A stretch of 64,000 nucleotides of DNA, taken from contig JAFULG010000002.1 of the NCBI GenBank assembly GCA_017473435.1, forward strand, positions 42,664 to 106,663, given 5' to 3'. Numbering within the stretch: position 1 is the first letter of the stretch; every line of letters starts with the position of its first letter. The translations under genes were made by a program, and so were the position numbers. The notes below the pieces were generated by a model. That model searched no databases. It was not told where the DNA came from and was given only the letters and a program-made list of their open reading frames with translations. Below, piece after piece: positions 1 to 8,326 of this stretch. Origin of the DNA: Clostridia bacterium. Its GTDB lineage: Bacteria; Bacillota; Clostridia; Oscillospirales; Acutalibacteraceae.

Positions 1-138
1 GATGCAGAGGAGTGGGGCGTTTTCGACGCCGAGAGATGGAACAGCTATTACAAATGGGTCTATGATGAAGGTCTTATAGCAAAAGAAATTCCCGAAAACT
101 TCGGATTTACCAATGATTTTATAAAGGGTGATAACTGA
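1..138 (+). CDS. C-terminal fragment of an ABC-transporter substrate-binding protein (NMT1/THI5-like look); 5' end lies outside the window
   Basis: The frame of nt 1 is open to TGA 136-138 (DAEEWGVFDAERWNSYYKWVYDEGLIAKEIPENFGFTNDFIKGDN*). The stop is immediately followed by ATG 139 of an ABC ATPase, which is operon context. Only 45 codons are visible, so the family call is tentative. Confidence 0.4.
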   Translation, partial: DAEEWGVFDAERWNSYYKWVYDEGLIAKEIPENFGFTNDFIKGDN

Positions 139-876
139 ATGACAAAGCTCCGTGCGGAAAATGTAACGGTTACTTATGAAAATGAGCCCGTTATCGAAAA
201 AGTGAATCTTACCCTTGAAAAAGGCGAAATTGTATCCTTGCTCGGTGCAAGCGGAAGCGGAAAAACCACTTTTTTCAATGCCGTTGCAGGACTTTACAAG
301 GTCGATGAGGGCAGAATTTTCCTTGACGGTGAGGATATTACGGGTAAAACAGGTAGGGTGAGCTATATGTTGCAGAAGGATCTGCTCCTTGCTCACTATA
401 CAATCCTTGACAATGTTTCACTGCCTCTTGTGATGAAGGGTGAAAGCAAAAAGCTTGCCCGTGAAAAGGCAAGGGAATACTTTGAGCTTTTCGGTCTTGC
501 AGGCTGTGAGAAAAAATATCCCTCGGAGCTTTCCGGCGGTATGCGTCAGCGTGCGGCGCTTATGCGTACCTACCTTACGGGAAACGATGTTGTTCTCCTT
601 GACGAGCCCTTCAGCGCCCTTGACACCATCACAAAAAGTGCAATGCACTCATGGTATCTCGATATTATGCGTGAAATCGGACTTTCCACAGTTTTTGTCA
701 CTCACGATATTGATGAGGCAATACTCCTTTCCGACAGGGTGTATATTCTGTCGGGAGTACCCGGCAGGATAACTGATGAGATTAAAATTGACCTGCCCAA
801 GCCGAGGAGCATTGATGAGGTGACGGATGAGGAGTTTGTTAGGTACAAGAGGCTGATCAGGGAGAAGATAAAATAA
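139..876 (+). CDS. ABC transporter ATP-binding protein (NitT/TauT-type look)
   Basis: 245-aa ORF with Walker A GASGSGKTT, ABC signature LSGGMRQR, Walker B VVLLDEPFSALD and H-loop VTHD. It abuts the upstream binding-protein fragment. Confidence 0.9.
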   Translation: MTKLRAENVTVTYENEPVIEKVNLTLEKGEIVSLLGASGSGKTTFFNAVAGLYKVDEGRIFLDGEDITGKTGRVSYMLQKDLLLAHYTILDNVSLPLVMKGESKKLAREKAREYFELFGLAGCEKKYPSELSGGMRQRAALMRTYLTGNDVVLLDEPFSALDTITKSAMHSWYLDIMREIGLSTVFVTHDIDEAILLSDRVYILSGVPGRITDEIKIDLPKPRSIDEVTDEEFVRYKRLIREKIK

Positions 877-883
877 AACAAGT

Positions 884-942
884 AAAGTTTTGGTCAAGCT
901 TTTACAAAAGCTTGTGGGGTCATGGGGCAAAGCCCCTTGCTC
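884..942. repeat. Left copy of a 59-nt double-hairpin element, in inverted orientation to 1589-1647
   Basis: Nt 884-918 (aaagttttggtcaagcttttacaaaagcttgtggg) are the exact reverse complement of 1613-1647. The element contains hairpins caagctttt-ac-aaaagcttg and ggggc-aaa-gcccc. It starts 8 nt after the ABC ATPase stop. Confidence 0.75.
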
Positions 943-962
943 ATTAAAATGAACAACAAAGC

Positions 963-997
963 AAAGGTCATGGTTTCCGTGACCTTTAATTTTTAAT
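963..997 (+). terminator. Rho-independent terminator candidate
   Basis: Stem aaaggtca (963-970) pairs with tgaccttt (980-987) around a 9-nt loop, followed by aatttttaat. Confidence 0.55.
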
Positions 998-1022
998 GTT
1001 GTTTGATGCAATTTGCAATATA

Positions 1023-1051
1023 TTGACAAAAAAAACACGAGCTGATATAAT
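1023..1051 (+). promoter_or_regulatory. Consensus SigA-type promoter
   Basis: TTGACA (1023-1028), a 17-nt spacer, then TATAAT (1046-1051), with TG at 1043-1044 (extended -10). It lies 16 nt upstream of ORF 1067. Confidence 0.6.
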
Positions 1052-1066
1052 TGAATTGAAAACATT

Positions 1067-1537
1067 ATGAATCAAGGTGTTTTTATGGAGAATAAAATAA
1101 TTTTGAAAATTAAATACATACCGTCATTTTTGTATTCATTTTTAGAAGTGTGGCTTAATAAAATGAGCAAAAAGGGGTTGCAGTTGACACATTACAAAGG
1201 TTTTATATATTATTTTCAAAAGTCTGAACCGTCGGACAGAATTTATTTTGTGTATAACCATACAGGTTACAGAAACGACGAGGGTAAGTATAGTCTTTCT
1301 TTGAGATATCCTTGTATAGAAAAGTAGTATGCTTTATCGTCTCATTACTCAAAGATAAATAAATCAAATAAAAAACAAAATAATTGGAAGAAAATTGTAA
1401 AAATAGACAGTAATAAAATTGATGCTGATTTTAATGATATTGTTAATGAAAGAAACAGGATTTATTTAAAAAGATTTCTTCGTAATACAGCAATATTTTT
1501 AGTAACTGTTGCGGTATTGATATGGGCATTGATATAA
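1067..1537 (+). pseudogene. DUF2812-like small membrane protein gene interrupted by a single in-frame TAG (1325-1327)
   Basis: The track ORF 1067-1327 ends at TAG. The same frame then stays open for 69 more codons to TAA 1535-1537 and ends in a hydrophobic helix (AIFLVTVAVLIWALI). The N-terminal segment LEVWLNKMSKKGLQL resembles DUF2812 proteins, a tentative call. An alternative start is ATG 1085, with aaggtg 6 nt upstream. Confidence 0.45.
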
Positions 1538-1543
1538 AAACAC

Positions 1544-1580
1544 AAAGCACAAGGCAAAAAACCTTGTGCTTTTAATTTTC
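1544..1580 (+). terminator. Rho-independent terminator candidate
   Basis: Stem aaagcacaagg (1544-1554) pairs with ccttgtgcttt (1562-1572) around a 7-nt loop, followed by taattttc. Confidence 0.6.
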
Positions 1581-1588
1581 TGTTTTAC

Positions 1589-1647
1589 CAAGAGGGCTTT
1601 GCCCTCTTGACTCCCACAAGCTTTTGTAAAAGCTTGACCAAAACTTT
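1589..1647. repeat. Right copy of the 59-nt double-hairpin element, in inverted orientation to 884-942
   Basis: The reverse complement aligns with 884-942: 35 nt are identical, followed by a diverged but still self-complementary hairpin (caagagggc-aaa-gccctcttg). It lies about 15 nt beyond the prfB stop on the minus strand. Confidence 0.75.
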
Positions 1648-1661
1648 TATTACTTTAATTT

Positions 1662-2783
1662 TTACTCTCCGCTGAGTGCATCAAGTGACTGCTTTTTAAG
1701 ATAAGCATTGATAAAGCCGTCAATATCACCGTCCATAACAGCGTTGATGTTACCCATTTCAAAACCTGTTCTGTGGTCCTTTGCAAGGGTGTAGGGCATA
1801 AATACGTAGGAACGGATCTGGCTGCCCCAGCCGATTTCTTTCTGCTCGCCCTTAATGTCCTCAATCTTGTCAAGATGTTCTCTTTCCTTGATTTCGATAA
1901 GCTTGGACTTAAGCATCTTCATACAAACTTCTCTGTTCTGATGCTGGCTTCTTTCAACCTGACAGGAAACAACAATACCTGTGGGCTCATGGATAAGACG
2001 AACGGCTGATGAGGTCTTGTTAACCTTCTGTCCGCCTGCACCGGAAGCACGGTAAACCTCCATTTTTATATCTTCTTCACGGATTTCAACCTCAACGGTG
2101 TCATCAATTTCGGGCATTACCTCAAGTGAGGCAAATGAAGTATGACGGCGTCCCGAGGAGTCAAAGGGAGAAACACGTACAAGACGGTGAACGCCCATTT
2201 CGCCCTTGAGATAGCCGTAAGCATTTTCGCCCTCAATAACAACAGTTGCAGATTTAAGACCTGCTTCATCACCGTCAAGAAAGTCAACTGTTGTAAACTT
2301 GAAGCCGTGCTTTGTTGCCCACTGACCGTACATTCTGAAAAGCATCTGACACCAGTCCTGAGCCTCTGTTCCGCCTGCACCTGCGTGGAAGTTGAGAATA
2401 GCGTTGTTATTATCGTATTCACCTGAAAGGAGAGTTGCAAGGGTCTGCTTGTCAAGCTCATCCTCAACTGCCTTCACACTTTCCTCACAGTCGGGAAGAA
2501 GGTCAAGGTCGCCCTCCTCGTCGGAAAGCTCAATCATAACAAGTGCATCTTCAAAGGCTGAGGTAAGCTCCTCATATGCCTTGATTTTATTTTTGAGTGC
2601 AGCAATACGCTGAAGCACCTTCTGTGAATTTGCAAGGTCGCCCCAGAAATCCTCTGCAGCTGTCTGCTCTTCGAGGGTAGCAACTTCCTTTGCCATCTCC
2701 TCAAGTCCGAGGGCGGAAGCAAGCTCCTTAAGAGGCTTTTCACTTTCAAGAAGTCTTAATCTTAATTCTTCAAACTGAACCAT
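1662..2783 (-). CDS. prfB: Peptide chain release factor 2
   Basis: 373 aa, with the SPF stop-codon recognition tripeptide (RVSPFDS) and the GGQ motif (SGAGGQKVNKT). It is one uninterrupted ORF. Confidence 0.95.
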   Translation of the reverse strand: MVQFEELRLRLLESEKPLKELASALGLEEMAKEVATLEEQTAAEDFWGDLANSQKVLQRIAALKNKIKAYEELTSAFEDALVMIELSDEEGDLDLLPDCEESVKAVEDELDKQTLATLLSGEYDNNNAILNFHAGAGGTEAQDWCQMLFRMYGQWATKHGFKFTTVDFLDGDEAGLKSATVVIEGENAYGYLKGEMGVHRLVRVSPFDSSGRRHTSFASLEVMPEIDDTVEVEIREEDIKMEVYRASGAGGQKVNKTSSAVRLIHEPTGIVVSCQVERSQHQNREVCMKMLKSKLIEIKEREHLDKIEDIKGEQKEIGWGSQIRSYVFMPYTLAKDHRTGFEMGNINAVMDGDIDGFINAYLKKQSLDALSGE

Positions 2784-2987
2784 CTTGTCTTATCCTTTCG
2801 TAAACTTAAGTAATTTTTAACATTAACGTGTAAAATAATCATAATATAAAAATATCCTTTTACATTATACACATTTATTTGTAAAGGGCAACACCTTTGA
2901 GAGAAAAATTTTTAAACTGTTGCAATTATAGGATAAAAGTAGTATTATTTTACTAATACTGTTAAAACTATTCAAAAGGAGATATCT

Positions 2988-4100
2988 ATGAAATATACAG
3001 GTAACATCTGCGACGGTTGCGGTCTGCCTTTCTCCGACGAGGATGATGTTGTAGTCTGTCCCGAATGCGGAACTCCCCAGCACAGAGAGTGCTATGAAAA
3101 AGAAAATAAATGTGTCTGCTCCCATCTTCACACAGAAGACTACACCTGGAAGGGGATTGTTAATAAGGAGGCTCCTATTCCTGAAATAAAAAAAGAGCTT
3201 ATAAGCTGTCCCAACTGCGGCTACGGAAATCCTAAGGGCACGGAAGTGTGCAGAAACTGCGGAATGAAGTTCACTATTTTCGGTAAGAATGTTGTTGACG
3301 CAATGCACGAGCAGGAAAACCATAATTACAACCAAAACAGAGATATACCCGATTACAACGCACCTTTTACTCTCGGTGAGGGCGAGGGCTTCGATGCCCC
3401 CGTTGAAGCTGAGGAAAAGCCTGCGGCAGCTCAGGTTGAGGAGCTTATTACAAGCGTGCTTGAGGGAGATGCTCAGCAACCCGCTGAGGGTGACGGCAGA
3501 ATAAATCTCGGCGGTCCTTTCCCCGTAACCGATGAAATTGACGGGGTAATGACTAACACAATCGGTAATTTTATCGGAACAAACGCAATGGGCTATATTT
3601 CGAAGTTCAAAAAAATACAGAGAGGAAAAAAGCTTTCCTTTAACTTTGCCGCCTTTTTCTTCGGAGCCTACTGGTTATTTTACCGTAAGCTTTACAAAGC
3701 GGGCATAGTGCTTATGACTGTGCTGTTTTCATTGAGCATTATTATGACCCCATACCTTATGGATGTGCTTGAGGCTTATGAAAAGATCCTTCCCGTAATG
3801 GAGGGTGCGGCAATGAGTGAGGCTCAGCTTACAGCGCTTTACAATGAAATGCTTGCGGCAAGCGCTCCCCTTGCAATTTACTTCTTTATTACCCTTGCTC
3901 TTCAGTTTATCGTCGGCTTTTCGGCAAATCACATTTACAAAAAATATGTTATCGACCATTCCCGTAAGGCAGAACGTCTTCCGAGCAAAAGACTCGCAAT
4001 GGCTTATGTCGTAAAAAACGGCGGCTCATCAATCCTTATCGCAATTGCGGCGTATTTTGCACAGCAGCTGCTTTCGGTTGTGGTATCAGGCCTGTTATAA
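2988..4100 (+). CDS. Zinc-ribbon plus DUF2628-like membrane protein
   Basis: 370 aa. The N-terminus has paired CxxC motifs (CDGC..CPEC; CPNC..CRNC), followed by an acidic/Pro-rich linker. The C-terminal TM region includes FNFAAFFFGAYWLFYRKLY. RBS aaaggag lies 6 nt before the ATG. Confidence 0.7.
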   Translation: MKYTGNICDGCGLPFSDEDDVVVCPECGTPQHRECYEKENKCVCSHLHTEDYTWKGIVNKEAPIPEIKKELISCPNCGYGNPKGTEVCRNCGMKFTIFGKNVVDAMHEQENHNYNQNRDIPDYNAPFTLGEGEGFDAPVEAEEKPAAAQVEELITSVLEGDAQQPAEGDGRINLGGPFPVTDEIDGVMTNTIGNFIGTNAMGYISKFKKIQRGKKLSFNFAAFFFGAYWLFYRKLYKAGIVLMTVLFSLSIIMTPYLMDVLEAYEKILPVMEGAAMSEAQLTALYNEMLAASAPLAIYFFITLALQFIVGFSANHIYKKYVIDHSRKAERLPSKRLAMAYVVKNGGSSILIAIAAYFAQQLLSVVVSGLL

Positions 4101-4103
4101 AAC

Positions 4104-4142
4104 AAGTCAGGAATCTTTAACACTGATTCCTGACTTTTATTA
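4104..4142. terminator. Bidirectional terminator between convergent genes
   Basis: Stem aagtcaggaatc (4104-4115) pairs with gattcctgactt (4125-4136) around a 9-nt loop, and is T/A-rich on both sides. Confidence 0.6.
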
Positions 4143-4157
4143 TATTCTTTATTTAAT

Positions 4158-4991
4158 TTACGGAGTAAAAACCTCACGGAAAATTGAAAGTTTTGAAATT
4201 TCAAGCACTTTGCTTGCCGCGTGTGAGCAGAATGTACCGAGAAGCTTGTTACCGATATTCATTGCGTGAGCATCTATGCCGAATACCATATCGCCCTTCT
4301 TTTTCCATATACCCTTTTCAATGAGGTCAACCATTTTGTCGCAGTCGGTGCTTACCATATTGAGCGCCTTCATCGCACCTTCGGAGGCCTGCTCCTGGTT
4401 GCGGAAAATGTCAGTTTTTGTAAAGCCGGGACAGACAAGACCTACATAGCAGTCTTTTCTGTGCTCCTCTCTGAGGGCGTCGGTGAAGCTTTTGAGTGCG
4501 CCTTTACTTGCAGAATAAATTGATGTACCTGCAAGTGAGCAAAGGGCAGCCGAAGAAGCTATATTAACAATACCCGGTGTATCTGATTTCAAAAGTGTCG
4601 GAAGAAGTGCTTTGATGGCATAAAGTGATGAGTAGAAATTAATCTGCATTGTGTGGTTTACATCATCAAGAGTAATTTTTGAAAAGCGATTGAATTTGGG
4701 AAGTATGCCGGCGTTATTTATGAGAATATCGGGCTGAATACCTTCCTCCTTAAGCTTAGCAGCGAGCTTGTCCCAGTTTTCCTTGACAGAAACATCAAAG
4801 GGATAGTATGTGAATTTGTGACCGAGGCTGCCGAGCTCCTCCTTAAAGGCCTGAAGCTTTGACTCCGTGCGGGCAATTCCTATTACATCACAGCCGTGAT
4901 CACGTATAAGTCTTTCGGCAAGACCTTTACCCATACCGCTTGAAGCACCTGTAATTATTACGGTTTTGTAGTCGTACCAGCATTTGTTCAT
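4158..4991 (-). CDS. Short-chain dehydrogenase/reductase (SDR) family oxidoreductase
   Basis: 277 aa, with TGASSGMGKG (TGxxxGxG), NNAG and catalytic YSASK (YxxxK). Confidence 0.9.
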   Translation of the reverse strand: MNKCWYDYKTVIITGASSGMGKGLAERLIRDHGCDVIGIARTESKLQAFKEELGSLGHKFTYYPFDVSVKENWDKLAAKLKEEGIQPDILINNAGILPKFNRFSKITLDDVNHTMQINFYSSLYAIKALLPTLLKSDTPGIVNIASSAALCSLAGTSIYSASKGALKSFTDALREEHRKDCYVGLVCPGFTKTDIFRNQEQASEGAMKALNMVSTDCDKMVDLIEKGIWKKKGDMVFGIDAHAMNIGNKLLGTFCSHAASKVLEISKLSIFREVFTP

Positions 4992-5103
4992 AATGTTTTC
5001 TCCTTGATTTATAATGCTGTTTTTTTATAAATTCTTTTATAATTGTAACATAAATCCGTTAGCTTTTCAACTATAGTATAATTCAAATTTTTTTGATTTC
5101 AGC

Positions 5104-5733
5104 TTACTTTTTCCTTCCCTTGCACCATTGTGCCATACAGCACCTTTCACATTGCGGCCTCCTCGCAACACAAACCGCTCTGCCGTGAAGCACAGCCCTG
5201 TGACAGAAATCATTGCTCTTTTCCGGGGCAATGATTTTTTTCAGCTCAAGCTCAACCTTCTTCGGATCCTTTGTATTTACAAGTCCGAGGAGATTTGTAA
5301 TTCTTATAAGATGTGTATCAGCAACAATAGCCGGCTGACCGTAAACATCACCCATTATAAGATTTGCCGTTTTTCTGCCTATACCGGGAAGTGAGGTCAG
5401 CTTTTCAATTGAATCAGGGACTTTCCCGTCAAACTCGTCTCTTATTTTTATTGCAAGACCCTTGATATCACTTGCCTTCTGACGGTAAAATCCGCAAGAA
5501 AAAATTATTTTTTCTATATCCATTTCATCAGCCTCACAGTAGCTTTCAAGGGTAGGATATTTCTCGAAAAGTGCAGGTGTCACCTTATTTACCCTTTCGT
5601 CGGTGCACTGTGCGGAAAGCCTTGTTGCTATCAGTAATTCAAGAGGGTTTGACGCAACAAGTGAACAGAGTGCATCGGGATATTCCTTTTCAAGCGCCTC
5701 AACACAAAAGGCGGCTCTTTGCTTTTTTGTCAT
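5104..5733 (-). CDS. nth: Endonuclease III
   Basis: HhH motif LPGIGRKTANLIM and C-terminal 4Fe-4S ligands CVARRPQCERCCMAQWC (C-x6-C-x2-C-x5-C). I moved the start from the track value 5793 to ATG 5733 (MTKKQRAAF). That ATG has AGGA 9 nt upstream and lies just downstream of the stop (5747-5749) of the preceding minus-strand gene. Confidence 0.88.
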   Translation of the reverse strand: MTKKQRAAFCVEALEKEYPDALCSLVASNPLELLIATRLSAQCTDERVNKVTPALFEKYPTLESYCEADEMDIEKIIFSCGFYRQKASDIKGLAIKIRDEFDGKVPDSIEKLTSLPGIGRKTANLIMGDVYGQPAIVADTHLIRITNLLGLVNTKDPKKVELELKKIIAPEKSNDFCHRAVLHGRAVCVARRPQCERCCMAQWCKGRKK

Positions 5734-5746
5734 TTTTATCATTCCT

Positions 5747-6565
5747 TTATTCTTTAAGGTTTCTTCTCCAATGGAACAGATATTGCTGTGCAATACCTTC
5801 GTTACCTTTAAAAATTTCAGGTAATCCCTCGGGATACATCTCCGCCATAATACGCTTTACCCACACATCAACGGGAAAAGCCTCCATTCTGCCGAAGCCG
5901 TAAAGAAGTGTGCATTCAGCAACCTTTGCACCTACACCTTTTATTTTGCAAAGCTCTGTACGTGCCTCTTCAATAGGCATTTTTTCTATTTCTGAAAGTG
6001 AAACCTCACCGCTATTTAATTTTTCTACCGCATCAGCAATATATTTTGCACGAAAACCGGCCCTTAAAGGTGCAAGCTCCTCTGCCGTTATACCTTTTAA
6101 GCTTTCATAAGTAGGAAATGTATAATCTTCGCCGTTCAGTTTTTCACCAAAGGCTTTGCAAAATCTGTCAATTATTCCCGATATTCTTGGTATATTATTG
6201 TTCTGTGAAATTATAAATGAGCATAATGCTTCCCAGCTGTCCTGCTTAAGAATTCTTATTCCTTCATACTCATCAAAAGCCGTTTTAAAGCTTTTATCAG
6301 CGGATAGCACATTACATATTTTTTTATAGTCTCTTTTAAGATCAAAATAGCTTTCTATAAGCTTTTTTGTTTCTTCATCAGAAGTATTTTCAAATACAAT
6401 TTCACTGCCGTTCTGTTTTACATCTATTATTTTATCCTTTACAACAGCATGAAAACTTCCGTCATCTTTTCTTATCCATCTGAACGCCTGACCGCAAAAA
6501 AGTGTCCTTTCAAGGTTAAGACACGGAAAATCCTTCAAAACCATATTTTTTTGTATTTTTTCCAT
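5747..6565 (-). CDS. ogg: 8-oxoguanine DNA glycosylase (Ogg1-type HhH-GPD)
   Basis: N-terminal FCGQAFRW motif and HhH-GPD region KIKGVGAKVAECTLLYGFGRMEAFPVDVWVKR. The track start 6628 is a TTG without an RBS, so I prefer ATG 6565 (MEKIQKNMV). Confidence 0.75.
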   Translation of the reverse strand: MEKIQKNMVLKDFPCLNLERTLFCGQAFRWIRKDDGSFHAVVKDKIIDVKQNGSEIVFENTSDEETKKLIESYFDLKRDYKKICNVLSADKSFKTAFDEYEGIRILKQDSWEALCSFIISQNNNIPRISGIIDRFCKAFGEKLNGEDYTFPTYESLKGITAEELAPLRAGFRAKYIADAVEKLNSGEVSLSEIEKMPIEEARTELCKIKGVGAKVAECTLLYGFGRMEAFPVDVWVKRIMAEMYPEGLPEIFKGNEGIAQQYLFHWRRNLKE

Positions 6566-6787
6566 ATTTATACCTATTTTCCTTTTTGATTGTAATCTTA
6601 TTATAATATATTTCAAGTATAAAATCAACTTTTAGGGCGTATTTTAAAGCTTTCTTATTAAAAAGGCTTGAAAGTTGGATTTTTTTATGTTAAACTTATA
6701 GAGTGTAGTATTATGTATTTTATTATTATATTATTAATTTACTGATATATAAATATAAGTGATTTATATCTGACAGGAGGTAAAAAT

Positions 6788-8092
6788 ATGGATTCCTTTG
6801 CTGAAATTTGGCAACTTGTACAACAGGAACTTAAAAATCAGGTAACAGAAGTTGCCTATAATGTATGGCTCAGTCCCCTTGAGTTTGTTAAATTTGAAAA
6901 CGATACCGTTTATCTTTCCATAAGTGAATTTAAAAAGAATATAATTCTTGATAAATTTATGAATGCTATAACAAGTGCTTTTGAATCTATTTTAGGATTT
7001 TCCGTTGAAATTGTTTTTCTCGTTCCCGGTGAAACAAAATCACAGAAAAAGGAAGCAGCTGAAGAAACACAGTCATTTGAGCATGACTATACCTTTGATA
7101 ATTTCATCACAGGCCCGTCAAACCGTTTTGCTCATGCTGCTGCATTGAATGTTGCAAATAATCCCGGAATTACTTACAATCCTCTTTTCATTTACGGTCA
7201 CTCAGGACTTGGTAAAACCCATCTGCTTCTTGCTATAATGAACGAAATCAAGCAGCAACGCCCTGATGCAAAAATCATTTATACAAGCGGTGAGCTTTTT
7301 ACAAATGAGCTTATTTATTATATAGGAAATCATAACACCTATGCTTTCCATGAAAAATACAGAAACTGTGATGTTCTTCTTGTTGACGATATTCAGTTTA
7401 TAGCAAAAACAGAAACTACTCAGGAAGAATTTTTCCATACCTTCAATGCCCTTAAAAATAACGGCAGTCAGATTGTCCTTACCTCTGACCGTCCTCCCAG
7501 AGAAATGATGACTCTTGAGGAAAGACTCCGTACAAGATTTGAAATGGGTCTTATTGCAGATGTGCAGCCGCCGACTCTTGAAACAAGAATGGCTATCGTT
7601 AAAAAGAAATCTGACGATCTTAATATTTTCTTAAGTGACGATGTTGTAAAATTCATCGCAGAAAACATCAAAAAGAACATACGTCAGCTTGAAGGTATTG
7701 TTAAAAAAATAAGCGCTTACAGGGACGTGGAAGGCACTTCTCCCAGCATTGCCGTTGCAAAAAGAGCTATCAGCGATATTATTAACGACAATCAGCCTAC
7801 TCCCGTTACAGTTGAAAATATTATTAACGAGGTTGCAAGAACCTTTGATGTTTCCGCAGCGGACATCCGCTCATCAAAAAAGAGCGCAAATATATCTCTT
7901 GCCCGTCAGGTTGCTATTTATATAGTAGACCGCGTTACAGGTCTTTCACTTAAGGCAATCGGTAACGAATTCGGTAACAAGCATCACTCAACGATTATTT
8001 ATTCCCTTAAGGAAAGTAAAGCAAAAATTGAAAAGGATCTTGCTCTTAAAGCCACCGTTGACGATATTATCAAAAATATAAATGAACAGTAA
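6788..8092 (+). CDS. dnaA: Chromosomal replication initiator DnaA
   Basis: 434 aa, with Walker A GHSGLGKTHLL, Walker B VLLVDDIQF and a C-terminal DNA-binding domain (..NKHHSTIIYS..). RBS ggagg lies 7 nt upstream. Confidence 0.97.
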   Translation: MDSFAEIWQLVQQELKNQVTEVAYNVWLSPLEFVKFENDTVYLSISEFKKNIILDKFMNAITSAFESILGFSVEIVFLVPGETKSQKKEAAEETQSFEHDYTFDNFITGPSNRFAHAAALNVANNPGITYNPLFIYGHSGLGKTHLLLAIMNEIKQQRPDAKIIYTSGELFTNELIYYIGNHNTYAFHEKYRNCDVLLVDDIQFIAKTETTQEEFFHTFNALKNNGSQIVLTSDRPPREMMTLEERLRTRFEMGLIADVQPPTLETRMAIVKKKSDDLNIFLSDDVVKFIAENIKKNIRQLEGIVKKISAYRDVEGTSPSIAVAKRAISDIINDNQPTPVTVENIINEVARTFDVSAADIRSSKKSANISLARQVAIYIVDRVTGLSLKAIGNEFGNKHHSTIIYSLKESKAKIEKDLALKATVDDIIKNINEQ

Positions 8093-8093
8093 G

Positions 8094-8283
8094 TTTTCCA
8101 CAAACTAACTGACATTCCACATAACATTATCAACAGTTATAACATCAGCAAAAACTGCTGTGTTAATAACTTTTCATTTTACACATTTCTTTTAACAGAA
8201 AAAAATACCCTTAAAATACTGTAAAATCTGGGAAAATACCTATTTTCCACCTTTTCAACAGCACCTACTACTACTACTATTAT
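8094..8283. promoter_or_regulatory. oriC segment in the dnaA-dnaN spacer: DnaA-box-like 9-mers, a DnaA-trio-like tract and an AT-rich stretch
   Basis: The 9-mers are TTTTCCACA at 8094-8102, TTATCAACA at 8127-8135, TGTTAATAA (reverse orientation) at 8161-8169 and TTTTCCACC at 8243-8251. Then (TAC)4 at 8266-8277, which reads (TAG)4 on the minus strand, is followed by tattataaaatatacatttcat. Confidence 0.6.
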
Positions 8284-8326
8284 AAAATATACATTTCATC
8301 CGAAAAAAAGAAAGGAACCGCATTTT

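Noticed and set aside
649-1065. A 138-aa minus-strand ORF spanning the ABC ATPase 3' end and the intergenic repeat.
   Set aside because: It overlaps a well-supported gene, a terminator and a promoter. It shows no motif and no RBS.
1325-1327. The in-frame TAG as a pyrrolysine codon.
   Set aside because: There are no pyl genes and no methylamine methyltransferase context in the window. A nonsense mutation or sequencing error is the simpler explanation.
2865-3479. A 204-aa minus-strand ORF overlapping the start of the zinc-ribbon gene.
   Set aside because: It overlaps a plus-strand gene that has a good RBS and clear CxxC and TM motifs. Its own translation is featureless and hydrophobic with no RBS.
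6629-6787. DnaA boxes upstream of dnaA, as the second half of a bipartite origin.
   Set aside because: The region is very AT-rich, but I found no 9-mer within 2 mismatches of TTATCCACA or its complement. It is treated only as the dnaA promoter region.
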